A DNA stretch of 64,000 bases from Candidatus Omnitrophota bacterium (GCA_016930235.1 JAFGHI010000047.1:8534-72533); one strand, 5' to 3'; counted from the stretch's first letter, positions 10,793 through 19,622 are shown. The notes: a model not told the origin generated them from the letters alone. A program made the numbers and translations.

Positions 10793-10863
10793 CTGCCCGG
10801 CCTGGATTCGAACCAGGAATCATGCCTCCAAAGGGCAGTGTGATACCATTTCACCACCGGGCA
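10793..10863 (-). tRNA. tRNA-Gln(UUG)
   Basis: TGCCCGG/CCGGGCA acceptor stem (U1:A72), CTGCC-CTTTGGA-GGCAT anticodon arm, GGTTCGAATCC T arm. Confidence 0.95.
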
Positions 10864-10920
10864 ATGATAGATAGATATTAATGCTCAATACTTTAAAAAT
10901 GGCCTAATGAATCACTTCGA

Positions 10921-11796
10921 TTAATACGTGTGGCAAAGAATGATCTTTTTTGATCGACCCATTCGGCTTAGCCTTTTCGCCAAGATAACCCCTTCTCGGC
11001 GACTTGATAAAACAACAAAAATTGTAGGACCACTACCAGACATTCCGACAATACGCCCCCCTAAAGATTTAATCTTCGCTATATCCTTCTGAAGGGAAGG
11101 CCTTAAAAAAAAGGCTGGTGGCTCTAAGTCATTTTGAAGAGGCACTGCTTTATAAAGACAGTCCTCTCCCTTCAAAAAATTGGTGATAAGTCTAGCAATG
11201 CTAAGGGCTTTTGTCAAGGAAGCGGAAGGCAACTTACGAGGTAATGTTTGATAAACTTTCTTGGTGCTAAGTCCTTTCTTTGAAAGCACTAAGAGAAACC
11301 ATGTTTTCTTTTTAACAGTGTATTTCCTAAGGCGCTCTCCAACTCCTGTTCCCAGGGCCTGATTAACATTCATCAAGAAGAACGGAACATCTGCTCCAAG
11401 ACTCTTACCAAGGGCCATTAATTTCTTCTGAGGTAGCTTCAAACGGTAAAGTTTGATCACGCCTAAGAGAAAACTTGCAGCATTACTCGACCCGCCCCCA
11501 AGCCCTGCCTCGAGAAAGATGTTTTTCTTAAGGGTTACCTGGACCCCCTTGATTTGTGGGAATTCCCTTTTGAGCAGCCGGTACGCCTGGGTGATTAGAT
11601 TCTCTTCCCCACAATCCAGACGAATCCCCTGACATTTCAAACCAAAACCTTCCGGAATGCGTTTCAACACCAAGTTATCACAGAGCGATATCCGATGAAA
11701 AAGAGTCACTAACTCATGATAACCATCGGGCAAACGACGGATAATTTTAAGAAAAAGATTTAATTTTGAGGGACTTTTAATTTTTATTGTTTGCAC
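10921..11796 (-). CDS. ispE: 4-diphosphocytidyl-2-C-methyl-D-erythritol kinase
   Basis: SPSKLNLFL..DGYHEL, AGLGGGSSNAA, GADVPFF, MSGSGPT; GTG start 11796 preferred over ATG 11871. Confidence 0.95.
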   Translation of the reverse strand: MQTIKIKSPSKLNLFLKIIRRLPDGYHELVTLFHRISLCDNLVLKRIPEGFGLKCQGIRLDCGEENLITQAYRLLKREFPQIKGVQVTLKKNIFLEAGLGGGSSNAASFLLGVIKLYRLKLPQKKLMALGKSLGADVPFFLMNVNQALGTGVGERLRKYTVKKKTWFLLVLSKKGLSTKKVYQTLPRKLPSASLTKALSIARLITNFLKGEDCLYKAVPLQNDLEPPAFFLRPSLQKDIAKIKSLGGRIVGMSGSGPTIFVVLSSRREGVILAKRLSRMGRSKKIILCHTY

Positions 11797-11892
11797 AGCT
11801 CGCACGGCAGGGTTCAATGACCGAAAGCAGCAAGCGACACCTTCTTTCCCGGTGCCGCTTACTACTTTCATTGTTCGATCAACTACTCTATT

Positions 11893-11991
11893 TTATGACC
11901 AAGCTTTCTTTTTGTGACGATGTTTCCGTAGCTTCTTTTTCCTTTTATGCTTGTTCATTTTTCTCTTGCGCTGTTTGCGCGCCCACGGCAT
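11893..11991 (-). CDS. Small basic protein of the AURKAIP1/COX24 (bS22/mS38-like) family, 32 aa
   Basis: AAGGAG RBS; MPWARKQRKRKMNKHKRKKKLRKHRHKKKAWS matches the KR.RKM.KHK.KK.LRK.RH pattern; below the ORF-track cutoff. Confidence 0.85.
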   Translation of the reverse strand: MPWARKQRKRKMNKHKRKKKLRKHRHKKKAWS

Positions 11992-12013
11992 AGATAGATC
12001 TCCTTTTGATTTT

Positions 12014-12886
12014 TTAGGGGATAACTTTATTTAAAGGATATTCAATGATTCCGGAGGCCCCTGCTTTTTTCAAGGCAGGGATCAGTTCTCGAACAACCGC
12101 TTCATCAATAATGGTCTCGACATCAAACCACCCTTTCTCAGAAAGGCTTGAAATAGTCGGCTTTTTCATGGCAGGCAACAAACCAAGAATATTCTTGAGA
12201 TCCTTCTTCGAGACGTTCATTTTCAGGCCAACCTTATTTTGAGCCCTAATCGCCCCTTTAAGAAGCATCACAATACTCTCCATTTTCTTACGCTTCCAGG
12301 GATCCTTATAACTTTTGCGGTTGGCAATAAATTTGGTTACCGAAGTCAAAACAGTATCAATCACTCTCAGATGATTTGCCCGCAAACTGGATCCCGTCTC
12401 CGTTGCTTCAACAATCGCATCTGCCAACTGAGGTGGCTTCACCTCAGTCGCCCCCCAGGAAAACTCAACCTCCGCATCCACTTTGCGTTTGTTCAGAAAT
12501 TTCTTCGTCACATTGACAAGCTCCGTGGCAATCTTCTTGCCTTGAAGATCTTTGACTTTTTGAAAGGGCGAGTTTTCGTGAACGGCTAAAACCCATTGGA
12601 CTGGGTTATTTGTCCTTTTCGAATATTGAAGGTCACAAAGTTCCTCGACGCGGGAACCATTTTCAACAATCCAATCATATCCTGTTAAGCCGCAATCGAC
12701 GACACCATCTTCAATGTAGCGGGGCATTTCCTGAGGCCGAAAAAGGGTTACTTCAATCTCAGGATCATCAACAGTAGGATAATAAGACCGATTGCTCACA
12801 CTGAGGGTAAACCCAGCTTTCCTAAAAAGCTGGTAGGTTGCTTCTTCTAAACTCCCTTTGGGTAACGCAATTTTAAGTTTTTCCAT
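12014..12886 (-). CDS. hisG: ATP phosphoribosyltransferase (long form)
   Basis: LKIALPKGSL, RPQEMP.Y, SWGATEVKP, ETGSSLRAN, C-terminal regulatory domain (PT.S.L, LKKAGA.GI). Confidence 0.96.
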   Translation of the reverse strand: MEKLKIALPKGSLEEATYQLFRKAGFTLSVSNRSYYPTVDDPEIEVTLFRPQEMPRYIEDGVVDCGLTGYDWIVENGSRVEELCDLQYSKRTNNPVQWVLAVHENSPFQKVKDLQGKKIATELVNVTKKFLNKRKVDAEVEFSWGATEVKPPQLADAIVEATETGSSLRANHLRVIDTVLTSVTKFIANRKSYKDPWKRKKMESIVMLLKGAIRAQNKVGLKMNVSKKDLKNILGLLPAMKKPTISSLSEKGWFDVETIIDEAVVRELIPALKKAGASGIIEYPLNKVIP

Positions 12887-12895
12887 CAGGCGTGG

Positions 12896-12924
12896 ATTCT
12901 ATCTTTTTGGGTCCCTGGTGTCAA
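12896..12924 (-). promoter_or_regulatory. sigma70 promoter of hisG
   Basis: TTGACA-17 nt-TAGAAT; the -10 box ends 9 nt before the ATG. Confidence 0.75.
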
Positions 12925-12947
12925 TACGCGCCTCTCCACACCTTTTT

Positions 12948-13385
12948 CTAGGATGAGGGGTGCGATATCCTCGGAAAAACCACAAGAATGATTAGTGTAA
13001 TAACTGTCGTAACCACTGCCGGGAAATATTCACCGAGACCACAAGCCAAACCTATTCCGGCCGCTGCCCATACCCCTGCCGCTGTTGTCAGTCCCTTAAC
13101 ACCTTTTGGAAAACGTATAATAGCTCCCGCTCCCAAAAAGCCGATTCCTGTTACAACTTGAGCAGCAATACGAGAAGGATCTACAGGCCCGGATGCCCGA
13201 AAAAGAAGATGAATCTTCCAAGAAATGATCATCATCAAACAAGACCCCACACAAACAAGAGCGTGTGTCCGAAAACCTGCATCTTTCCCGTGCTTTTCCC
13301 TTTCGAAACCGATAATACCCCCCAAAATAGCTGCAATAAGCAACCGGAGAGATATATCAAAATATTCCAACGATATTTCAATCAT
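12948..13385 (-). CDS. MgtC/SapB family membrane protein (short form)
   Basis: IGFERE..AGFRTH.LV, DPSRIAAQVVTGIGFLGAG, GLTTAA..W. Confidence 0.95.
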   Translation of the reverse strand: MIEISLEYFDISLRLLIAAILGGIIGFEREKHGKDAGFRTHALVCVGSCLMMIISWKIHLLFRASGPVDPSRIAAQVVTGIGFLGAGAIIRFPKGVKGLTTAAGVWAAAGIGLACGLGEYFPAVVTTVITLIILVVFPRISHPSS

Positions 13386-13431
13386 ACTTAAACCTCCTTG
13401 TTACACGTCCTAAAAATTCCTTAATCTGAAT

Positions 13432-14517
13432 TTACGATTTACCTCCAAGAACAAGATTGGGGACACCCGAAAGAGTCATTTCAGATCGTTTGCCATTTCG
13501 GTAAAGTTCGACTCCCCGCCGCGCAATCATCGCAGCATTATCAACGGTAAGAGACAATGGCGGGAAATAAATTTTGAGCCCTTCTTCCCTTGCTACTTCC
13601 TGCAATTGTGCCCTAAGGTAAGTATTAGCGCTCACGCCTCCTCCAACAGCAATTGTTTTAACCTTCTTGTCTTTTGCCGCTGCAACAGTTTTTTGAACAA
13701 CCCATTGGGTCACTGCATGTTGAAAACTTGCCGCCAAATCTCGAAGCCAGGGGGCTTCCTCTTGCTGAGAAGGTTTAATATAAACACTTTCTTTTGACCG
13801 TCCTTTTCTTATCGATTTCCCTATTTGTTTTATATCTCTTCTCTCAAAATTTTTCTTCTCAACAAAATATAAAACAGCGGTCTTAATTCCACTGAAGCTG
13901 AAATCAAAAGGATTGGTTTGTTTTGGTTTTGTAAAAGGAATTGCGCGAGGATCACCTTTGATAGCAAGCTCCTCAATGGCAGGTCCGCCCGGATAACCTA
14001 GCCCCAAAATCTTGGCCACTTTATCGAAAGCTTCTCCAATGGCATCGTCGACCGTTGAACCTAGCAAACAAATCTTTCCGTGCTCATGATAGGTTAAACT
14101 CGTATGCCCTCCTGAAACTAATAACCCAATATATTTTTCCGGTTCAGGTTGATCAATAAAATTTGCCAAGAGATGAGCTTCCAAATGATTGACGCCAATC
14201 AAAGGAATACCTAAAGCATAGCTTAGGGCCTTTGCAAAGGAAACCCCTACGAATAAAGATCCGATCAACCCCGGGCCCTGAGTTGCTGCAATTAAATCAA
14301 TATCAGATGGCTGAATCCTGGCTTCCTTAAGCGCTTCATGATAAACAGCATCGATTTGTTCTAAGCAATGCCGGGAAGCAATTTCGGGGACAACACCCCC
14401 AAATTCTTGATGCCTAAAAAGACTGGAAGAAACAATGTTCGATAAAATCCGAGAATCATCTTCTAGGATCGCGCAGGAAGTCTCATCACAGGAAGTTTCA
14501 ACGCCCAGAGTTAACAT
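13432..14517 (-). CDS. tsaD: tRNA N6-threonylcarbamoyladenosine transferase TsaD
   Basis: ETSCDET, GGVVPEIASR.H, HLEAH, VSGGHT, GEAFDKVA, FSFSG.KT, DNAAMI. Confidence 0.97.
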   Translation of the reverse strand: MLTLGVETSCDETSCAILEDDSRILSNIVSSSLFRHQEFGGVVPEIASRHCLEQIDAVYHEALKEARIQPSDIDLIAATQGPGLIGSLFVGVSFAKALSYALGIPLIGVNHLEAHLLANFIDQPEPEKYIGLLVSGGHTSLTYHEHGKICLLGSTVDDAIGEAFDKVAKILGLGYPGGPAIEELAIKGDPRAIPFTKPKQTNPFDFSFSGIKTAVLYFVEKKNFERRDIKQIGKSIRKGRSKESVYIKPSQQEEAPWLRDLAASFQHAVTQWVVQKTVAAAKDKKVKTIAVGGGVSANTYLRAQLQEVAREEGLKIYFPPLSLTVDNAAMIARRGVELYRNGKRSEMTLSGVPNLVLGGKS

Positions 14518-15971
14518 CAGCCGCCCAATTTTTTAACAAGTATCTCGTTAACTAGCTGAGGATTTGCTTTACCCTTTGTTTCTTTCATGATTTGTCCAAC
14601 AAAAAAAGCCAAAGCTTTCTTCTTGCCAGCCCGGTAATCCTCAACAAGAACAGGATTGGCCTGAACAATCTTATCCGCAAGATCTTCAAGTAACTGAGCA
14701 TCATTTACTTGAGTCAGCCCTCTTGACTGAACAATATCCGCAGCGCTTTTCATCGTCTCAAACATAAGCGGGAGAATTTCTTTAGCAATTTTCCCGCTAA
14801 TCGTTTTATCTTCGATAAGCCGTAACATCCCCAATAAATCCTTGGGTTGAACCGGCGAATCCTTTACAGAAATGCATTTAGCATTCAGTAAAGCCAACAC
14901 CTCAGAAAGTATCCAATTACAGGCCGTTTTAGGATCGGAACCTTCCTTAACGCAAGCTTCAAAATAATTCGCAAGTGCCTTCTCTTGAGTCAGAACAGAG
15001 GCATCATAGGCAGACAGTTGATAGTCATCTTGAAATCTCTTTGCGCGAGCTGCCGGAAGTTCAGGTAACGCTTTTTGAATGGAGTCCATCATTTCACGAG
15101 CAATCCGGAATGGAACGAGGTCAGGCTCCGGGAAATAACGGTAATCATGCGCTTCTTCTTTTGACCGCATCGAAAATGTTTGTCCGGAAGTCTCGTCCCA
15201 TAATCGCGTCTCTTGTAAAATTTTCTCCCCTTGTGCGGCCATTTCCATTTGACGGCCAATTTCATAGTTAAGTGCTCGTTCCACAGCACGAAACGAATTC
15301 ATATTTTTAATTTCTGTCTTTGTCCCCAATTTCATTTCTCCAACTGGCCGCACAGAAATATTGGCATCACATCTCAAGCTTCCCTCTTCCATATTACAGT
15401 CGCTGACTTCAAGGTACTCGAGAATCATCTTGAGCGTTTTAAGATATTCGTAAGCTTCTTTGGGGGAATAAATCTCAGGTTCCGAAACAATTTCTAGAAG
15501 CGGAGTGCCGGCACGATTGTAGTCAACGAGACTACCGTCTTTCACACCTTCATGGAGAAGTTTACCTGCATCCTCCTCTAAGTGGGCGCGTGTAATTCCA
15601 ATCTTCTTTTTTTGAATCTCTTTGCCGTTCTGAATTTCTATCTCCACCCAGCCGAGTTTATTGACCGGCATATCATATTGCGAAATTTGATAAGCTTTGG
15701 GCAAATCAGGATAAAAATAATTTTTCCGATCAAACTTAATTTTCTCACTGACCTGGCAATGAAGGGCCAATCCAACTCTGACTGCTAGCTTTAAGGCTTC
15801 TTCATTCAAAACGGGCAACGAACCAGGCCATCCCATGCAGACCGGGCACGTATTTTGGTTGGGCGCCTCTCCAAATTGAGTTGAGCAGGCACAAAATAAC
15901 TTCGACTTTGTGCTGAGCTGGACATGAACTTCAAGCCCTATAACGGGCTCATACTGAATTTTTGTATTCAT
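14517..15971 (-). CDS. gatB: Asp/Glu-tRNA amidotransferase subunit B
   Basis: IGLEVH, FDRKNYFYPDLPKAYQISQ, HLEEDAGK, DYRYFPEPDL. Confidence 0.98.
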   Translation of the reverse strand: MNTKIQYEPVIGLEVHVQLSTKSKLFCACSTQFGEAPNQNTCPVCMGWPGSLPVLNEEALKLAVRVGLALHCQVSEKIKFDRKNYFYPDLPKAYQISQYDMPVNKLGWVEIEIQNGKEIQKKKIGITRAHLEEDAGKLLHEGVKDGSLVDYNRAGTPLLEIVSEPEIYSPKEAYEYLKTLKMILEYLEVSDCNMEEGSLRCDANISVRPVGEMKLGTKTEIKNMNSFRAVERALNYEIGRQMEMAAQGEKILQETRLWDETSGQTFSMRSKEEAHDYRYFPEPDLVPFRIAREMMDSIQKALPELPAARAKRFQDDYQLSAYDASVLTQEKALANYFEACVKEGSDPKTACNWILSEVLALLNAKCISVKDSPVQPKDLLGMLRLIEDKTISGKIAKEILPLMFETMKSAADIVQSRGLTQVNDAQLLEDLADKIVQANPVLVEDYRAGKKKALAFFVGQIMKETKGKANPQLVNEILVKKLGG

Positions 15972-15989
15972 TTTCGAGTGGTGAATCGA

Positions 15990-17429
15990 TTATAACTTCG
16001 GTTTCCTTTTGTAAATTCTGATTTCTTGTTCAAGAGCAAAGGCCGCCCGGAAAATACCTTCTTCATCAAAAGGCTTGGCCATCAATTGGACCCCGATGGG
16101 GAGCCCCTTTTCAGTAAATCCGCAGGGCAACGACATCGCGGGAATGCCTACTAGATTCGCAGGAATAGTAAAGATATCCGATAAATACATAGCAAGTGGA
16201 TCGCTTATCTTTTCATTAATCTTAAAAGCAGGGGTCGGTGATGTTGGAGTTAAAATAAGATCGACTTCCTTAAAAGCTTCCTCAAAATCTTTCCTGATTA
16301 AGGTGCGAACCTTTTGTCCTTTACGGTAATACGCTTCATAATACCCAGCAGATAAAACAAAGTTGCCCAAAAGAATCCGGCGTTTTGCTTCTTCACCGAA
16401 ACCTTGATTGCGAGTTTCAAAATACATCTCCAGTAAATTTTTCCCTGGGGCCCGTAAACCATATTGGACACCATCAAAACGCCCCAAATTTGAACTGGCC
16501 TCGGCCACTGCAACAATATAGTACACAGCCACAGCATAAGCCGTATGGGGCAAGGAAATTGTTTTAATCTGTGCTCCCAATTGCTTCAAAACATTGGCCG
16601 CCTCACGAACTTTTGTCTCGACTTCGGGATCAATCCCTTCAACAAAATACTCTTTCGGTAACCCTATCCTCAACCCTTTCACATTTCGCGCCAAGGCCTT
16701 CGTATAATCCGGAACGGTTTGATTCACGGATGTGGAATCATGAGGATCAAAACCCGAAATTAAATTCATCAAAATTGCGGAATCCTCGACCGTCTTGGTG
16801 ATGGGACCAATCTGATCAAAACTCGATCCGAAAGCGATCAAACCATACCGGGATACCCGGCCATACGTTGGTTTTAATCCCACCACGCCGCACAAGGCTG
16901 CAGGCTGGCGGATTGATCCTCCTGTATCACTCCCCAAAGCTGCAATCGTCATATCGGCGGCCACAGCAACCGCAGATCCTCCGCTTGAACCTCCCGGAAC
17001 TCTTTCTATATCCCAAGGATTTTTGACGGCCCCATACGCTGAGGTTTCACAGGACGATCCAAACGCAAATTCGTCCATATTGCACTGCCCTAAGAAGAAA
17101 GCTCCAGCATCACCCAATTTACGAATTACTGTTGCATCGTACGGTGGGACATGCCCCCGTAAAATCTTGGAAGCACATGTGGTTTCGCATCCATGGATGC
17201 AAATATTATCTTTGACCGAAAGAGGGGCGCCCGACAATACACCTTTAAAGTCTTCTGATTTCCGACTTTTTTTAAGAAAATGTTCTGGTTCAAACCTCAC
17301 AAAAGCATTCAAGCGCGGATTTAATAAGGCCGTTCGATCGATCACGGCTCGGATAATTTCCCAAGGACCCTCGGCTTTTGCAACGTCAATCGCCTCTTTC
17401 AGAGTTAATTCATACAATTGTTTTTCCAT
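15990..17429 (-). CDS. gatA: Asp/Glu-tRNA amidotransferase subunit A
   Basis: Amidase signature GGSSGGS, GSDTGGSIRQPA, RFDGVQYG, RRILLG. Confidence 0.98.
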   Translation of the reverse strand: MEKQLYELTLKEAIDVAKAEGPWEIIRAVIDRTALLNPRLNAFVRFEPEHFLKKSRKSEDFKGVLSGAPLSVKDNICIHGCETTCASKILRGHVPPYDATVIRKLGDAGAFFLGQCNMDEFAFGSSCETSAYGAVKNPWDIERVPGGSSGGSAVAVAADMTIAALGSDTGGSIRQPAALCGVVGLKPTYGRVSRYGLIAFGSSFDQIGPITKTVEDSAILMNLISGFDPHDSTSVNQTVPDYTKALARNVKGLRIGLPKEYFVEGIDPEVETKVREAANVLKQLGAQIKTISLPHTAYAVAVYYIVAVAEASSNLGRFDGVQYGLRAPGKNLLEMYFETRNQGFGEEAKRRILLGNFVLSAGYYEAYYRKGQKVRTLIRKDFEEAFKEVDLILTPTSPTPAFKINEKISDPLAMYLSDIFTIPANLVGIPAMSLPCGFTEKGLPIGVQLMAKPFDEEGIFRAAFALEQEIRIYKRKPKL

Positions 17430-17441
17430 AATGTGCTCGAA

Positions 17442-17726
17442 TTACTCCTTATCAACAACTTTGGGTACTTTAAAAAAAGGCCCTTCGACACACGGCGCAC
17501 GGCTGATAACTTCATCACGAATATTTATTCTTGTGACATCATCTTTCCGGAAGACATTTTCAAGATCCAACACATGGCTCGTAGGTTCAATATCGCCCGT
17601 CTTTAAATCCCCAAGGGTTTTGATGTATCCCAAGATGGACTCGATATCTTTTCTCAGCTTTTTCAGCTCCTCTGGCTTGAGACTAAGCCTCGACAATTGA
17701 GCAATCTTTTCTATTTCAAACTCCAT
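17442..17726 (-). CDS. gatC: Asp/Glu-tRNA amidotransferase subunit C
   Basis: IAQLSRL, IEPTSH, NVFRKD, FFKVPKV; start ATG 17726 after AAGGTG. Confidence 0.95.
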   Translation of the reverse strand: MEFEIEKIAQLSRLSLKPEELKKLRKDIESILGYIKTLGDLKTGDIEPTSHVLDLENVFRKDDVTRINIRDEVISRAPCVEGPFFKVPKVVDKE

Positions 17727-17788
17727 AAAATCCACCTTTCATACTAAGCACCTTAAACCGCCTACGCATAATCCTTGGGATCAGGCAA

Positions 17789-17817
17789 AAACTAACATAG
17801 CCCGCTCGTCCTGTCAA
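17789..17817 (-). promoter_or_regulatory. Putative sigma70 promoter of gatCAB
   Basis: TTGACA-17 nt-TAGTTT with a TGn extension. Confidence 0.55.
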
Positions 17818-18069
17818 ATTGATCCCAAAAAGTACTTTAACTTCAAAACTCGATCCGTTTTCAAGAAAAAACTTCGACAGCCACTTTTAAAAAGTTTCTT
17901 ACAAATGAAATCCCCTTTTTGCATGTAATTTTTTCATTTTTTTTCGATAAAACCGTTCAGCGAAATAAAAATAATGTCGTTAGATTCAAGTAGAGAATAA
18001 TGCACCAAAAGTGGTTCCATAAACCAAATGAAAAGCTTTTGAGTCTCGAATAACCGAAAAGGAGATAAA

Positions 18070-18129
18070 ATGGCTAAGAAAAAAACCAAAAAAAGGAAAA
18101 AGCGACCGAAAAAGAAAAAAAGAAGATAA
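18070..18129 (+). CDS. Putative 19-aa Lys/Arg-rich peptide MAKKKTKKRKKRPKKKKRR
   Basis: AAGGAGA RBS just before ATG GCT, TAA stop, terminator hairpin about 18 nt downstream; sits in an otherwise empty ~480 bp gap. Confidence 0.7.
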   Translation: MAKKKTKKRKKRPKKKKRR

Positions 18130-18147
18130 CACTCTCAATAACCATCA

Positions 18148-18184
18148 AACACAAAAGGCTGACTTTCAGTCAGCCTTTTGTGTT
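18148..18184. terminator. Bidirectional intrinsic terminator
   Basis: Perfect 17-bp inverted repeat AACACAAAAGGCTGACT-TTC-AGTCAGCCTTTTGTGTT between two convergent genes. Confidence 0.88.
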
Positions 18185-18211
18185 CTTAAGCAACTTTTCT
18201 TAACTCATAAC

Positions 18212-19222
18212 TTATCCGGTCGAAGGAACAGGGATATTTCGAGGCGGCCCCATAAATTCTGTTCCAACCGGATTTGGAATTCCTGATTCAACAATCTTTT
18301 CTATCTCTCTCATTTGTTCCGAAGTCAACTCAACCAAACAAGCCTTTGCATTGGCTTTTGCCTGGACCGCATCACGCGCTCCAGCTAGAGCAACGGTTAC
18401 ACCTGGTTTGAGCGTCGCCCAACGAATCGCCATGGCGGCTACATCAACTTGAATTGAATCCGCATATGCCTTCAGTTCACGAGTGACCTGAAGATAGTGC
18501 TCAAACCGGCCGGGCTGAAACTTTGGATCAATAACCCGAACATCTCCTTTTTGAAAAACCTTTTTCGTATCGAACTTATTAGTCAATAACCCCCGGCAAA
18601 GCGCGCCATAAGTAACAACGGCTATTTCCTTCTTTCGACAATAGCTCAAGAGATCGTTCTCAATATCTCGTTCAAATAGATTAAACGGAGGCTGCAGGCT
18701 ATGGATACAACCTCCTTTCATACCCTCTTCGAGATGTGGAATATCAAAATTACTGACACCGATGCCCCGTATCCAACCTCTTACAAAAAACTCACCGAGA
18801 AGTTCAACCGTTTCACAGAAAGGGACTGACTCATCAGGCCAATGGATCTGATAGAGATCAATGACATCGGTCTGCAAGCGCTTACGACTACTGTCTATTT
18901 CTTTTCGAATCCGCTTGGCCTTCGAATTCCGACGAATCATTCCGTTTGTTTCGTTCCATTCAAGACCACATTTCGTAGCTACAACAACCCGGTCACGAAC
19001 ACCCAATCGCTTAATAACTTTGCCCACAACTTGCTCTGATCGCCCAAACCCATACACCGGTGCCGTGTCAATAAAGTTAATCCCCGCTTCTATCGAAGCC
19101 TCAATGGCACCTTCACTGTCTTCATCGCGAGCCCCTCCCCACAACCATCCACCCATCACCCAAGTTCCAAGGCCGACAGGCGAGACTTTAAAGTTTAGTT
19201 TTCCAAACGGACGATATTCCAT
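18212..19222 (-). CDS. Aldo/keto reductase (YhdN/AKR11-like)
   Basis: GLGTW..GG..WG, DTAPVYG.G.SE, ATKCG, IDLYQIHWPD, IGVSNF. Confidence 0.93.
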   Translation of the reverse strand: MEYRPFGKLNFKVSPVGLGTWVMGGWLWGGARDEDSEGAIEASIEAGINFIDTAPVYGFGRSEQVVGKVIKRLGVRDRVVVATKCGLEWNETNGMIRRNSKAKRIRKEIDSSRKRLQTDVIDLYQIHWPDESVPFCETVELLGEFFVRGWIRGIGVSNFDIPHLEEGMKGGCIHSLQPPFNLFERDIENDLLSYCRKKEIAVVTYGALCRGLLTNKFDTKKVFQKGDVRVIDPKFQPGRFEHYLQVTRELKAYADSIQVDVAAMAIRWATLKPGVTVALAGARDAVQAKANAKACLVELTSEQMREIEKIVESGIPNPVGTEFMGPPRNIPVPSTG

Positions 19223-19244
19223 AGATTTTTTACAGGCTTTGGCT

Positions 19245-19622
19245 TTAAACTTTCGTCAGATAAAAGAAGAGGTATCCAGCAAAATAGAAAGGCCAAGAAA
19301 GTAAACTTATAACAAAAAACATAACAACAAATTCGCTTAAAAAAAGAACGGAAACAACAATATCGCGATACCACCCTCCGTGAAAAAGGGCAAACCTCTT
19401 CCAAACAAGAATTTGGAGAATCATCACAAAAATTCCGATGATGACATAAAAATAAGGTTGCATAGGAGGCAGGGTCTTTGCAATCTTGTCATTTTCGGGC
19501 ACAAACTGAACAAGCATATAAAGTAAACACAAAGCCGCCGTCATGACAACAGCCTTCTTTGCACCAAAATACTCGGCAACTCTTTCTTTCCCTTTTTTCT
19601 CAGCCATCGTCTTCCTCTCCAA
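19245..19622 (-). CDS. Hypothetical membrane protein (3-4 TM)
   Basis: Hydrophobic segments; fills the gap between co-oriented genes; likely start is ATG about 19607 after GGAGAGG. Confidence 0.7.
   Translation of the reverse strand: MERKTMAEKKGKERVAEYFGAKKAVVMTAALCLLYMLVQFVPENDKIAKTLPPMQPYFYVIIGIFVMILQILVWKRFALFHGGWYRDIVVSVLFLSEFVVMFFVISLLSWPFYFAGYLFFYLTKV

Noticed and set aside
10758-10823. ORF-track N-terminal extension of ClpX
   Set aside because: It overlaps tRNA-Gln; the real start is ATG 10757 with an RBS. The pth, rpsD and rplN extensions were trimmed similarly
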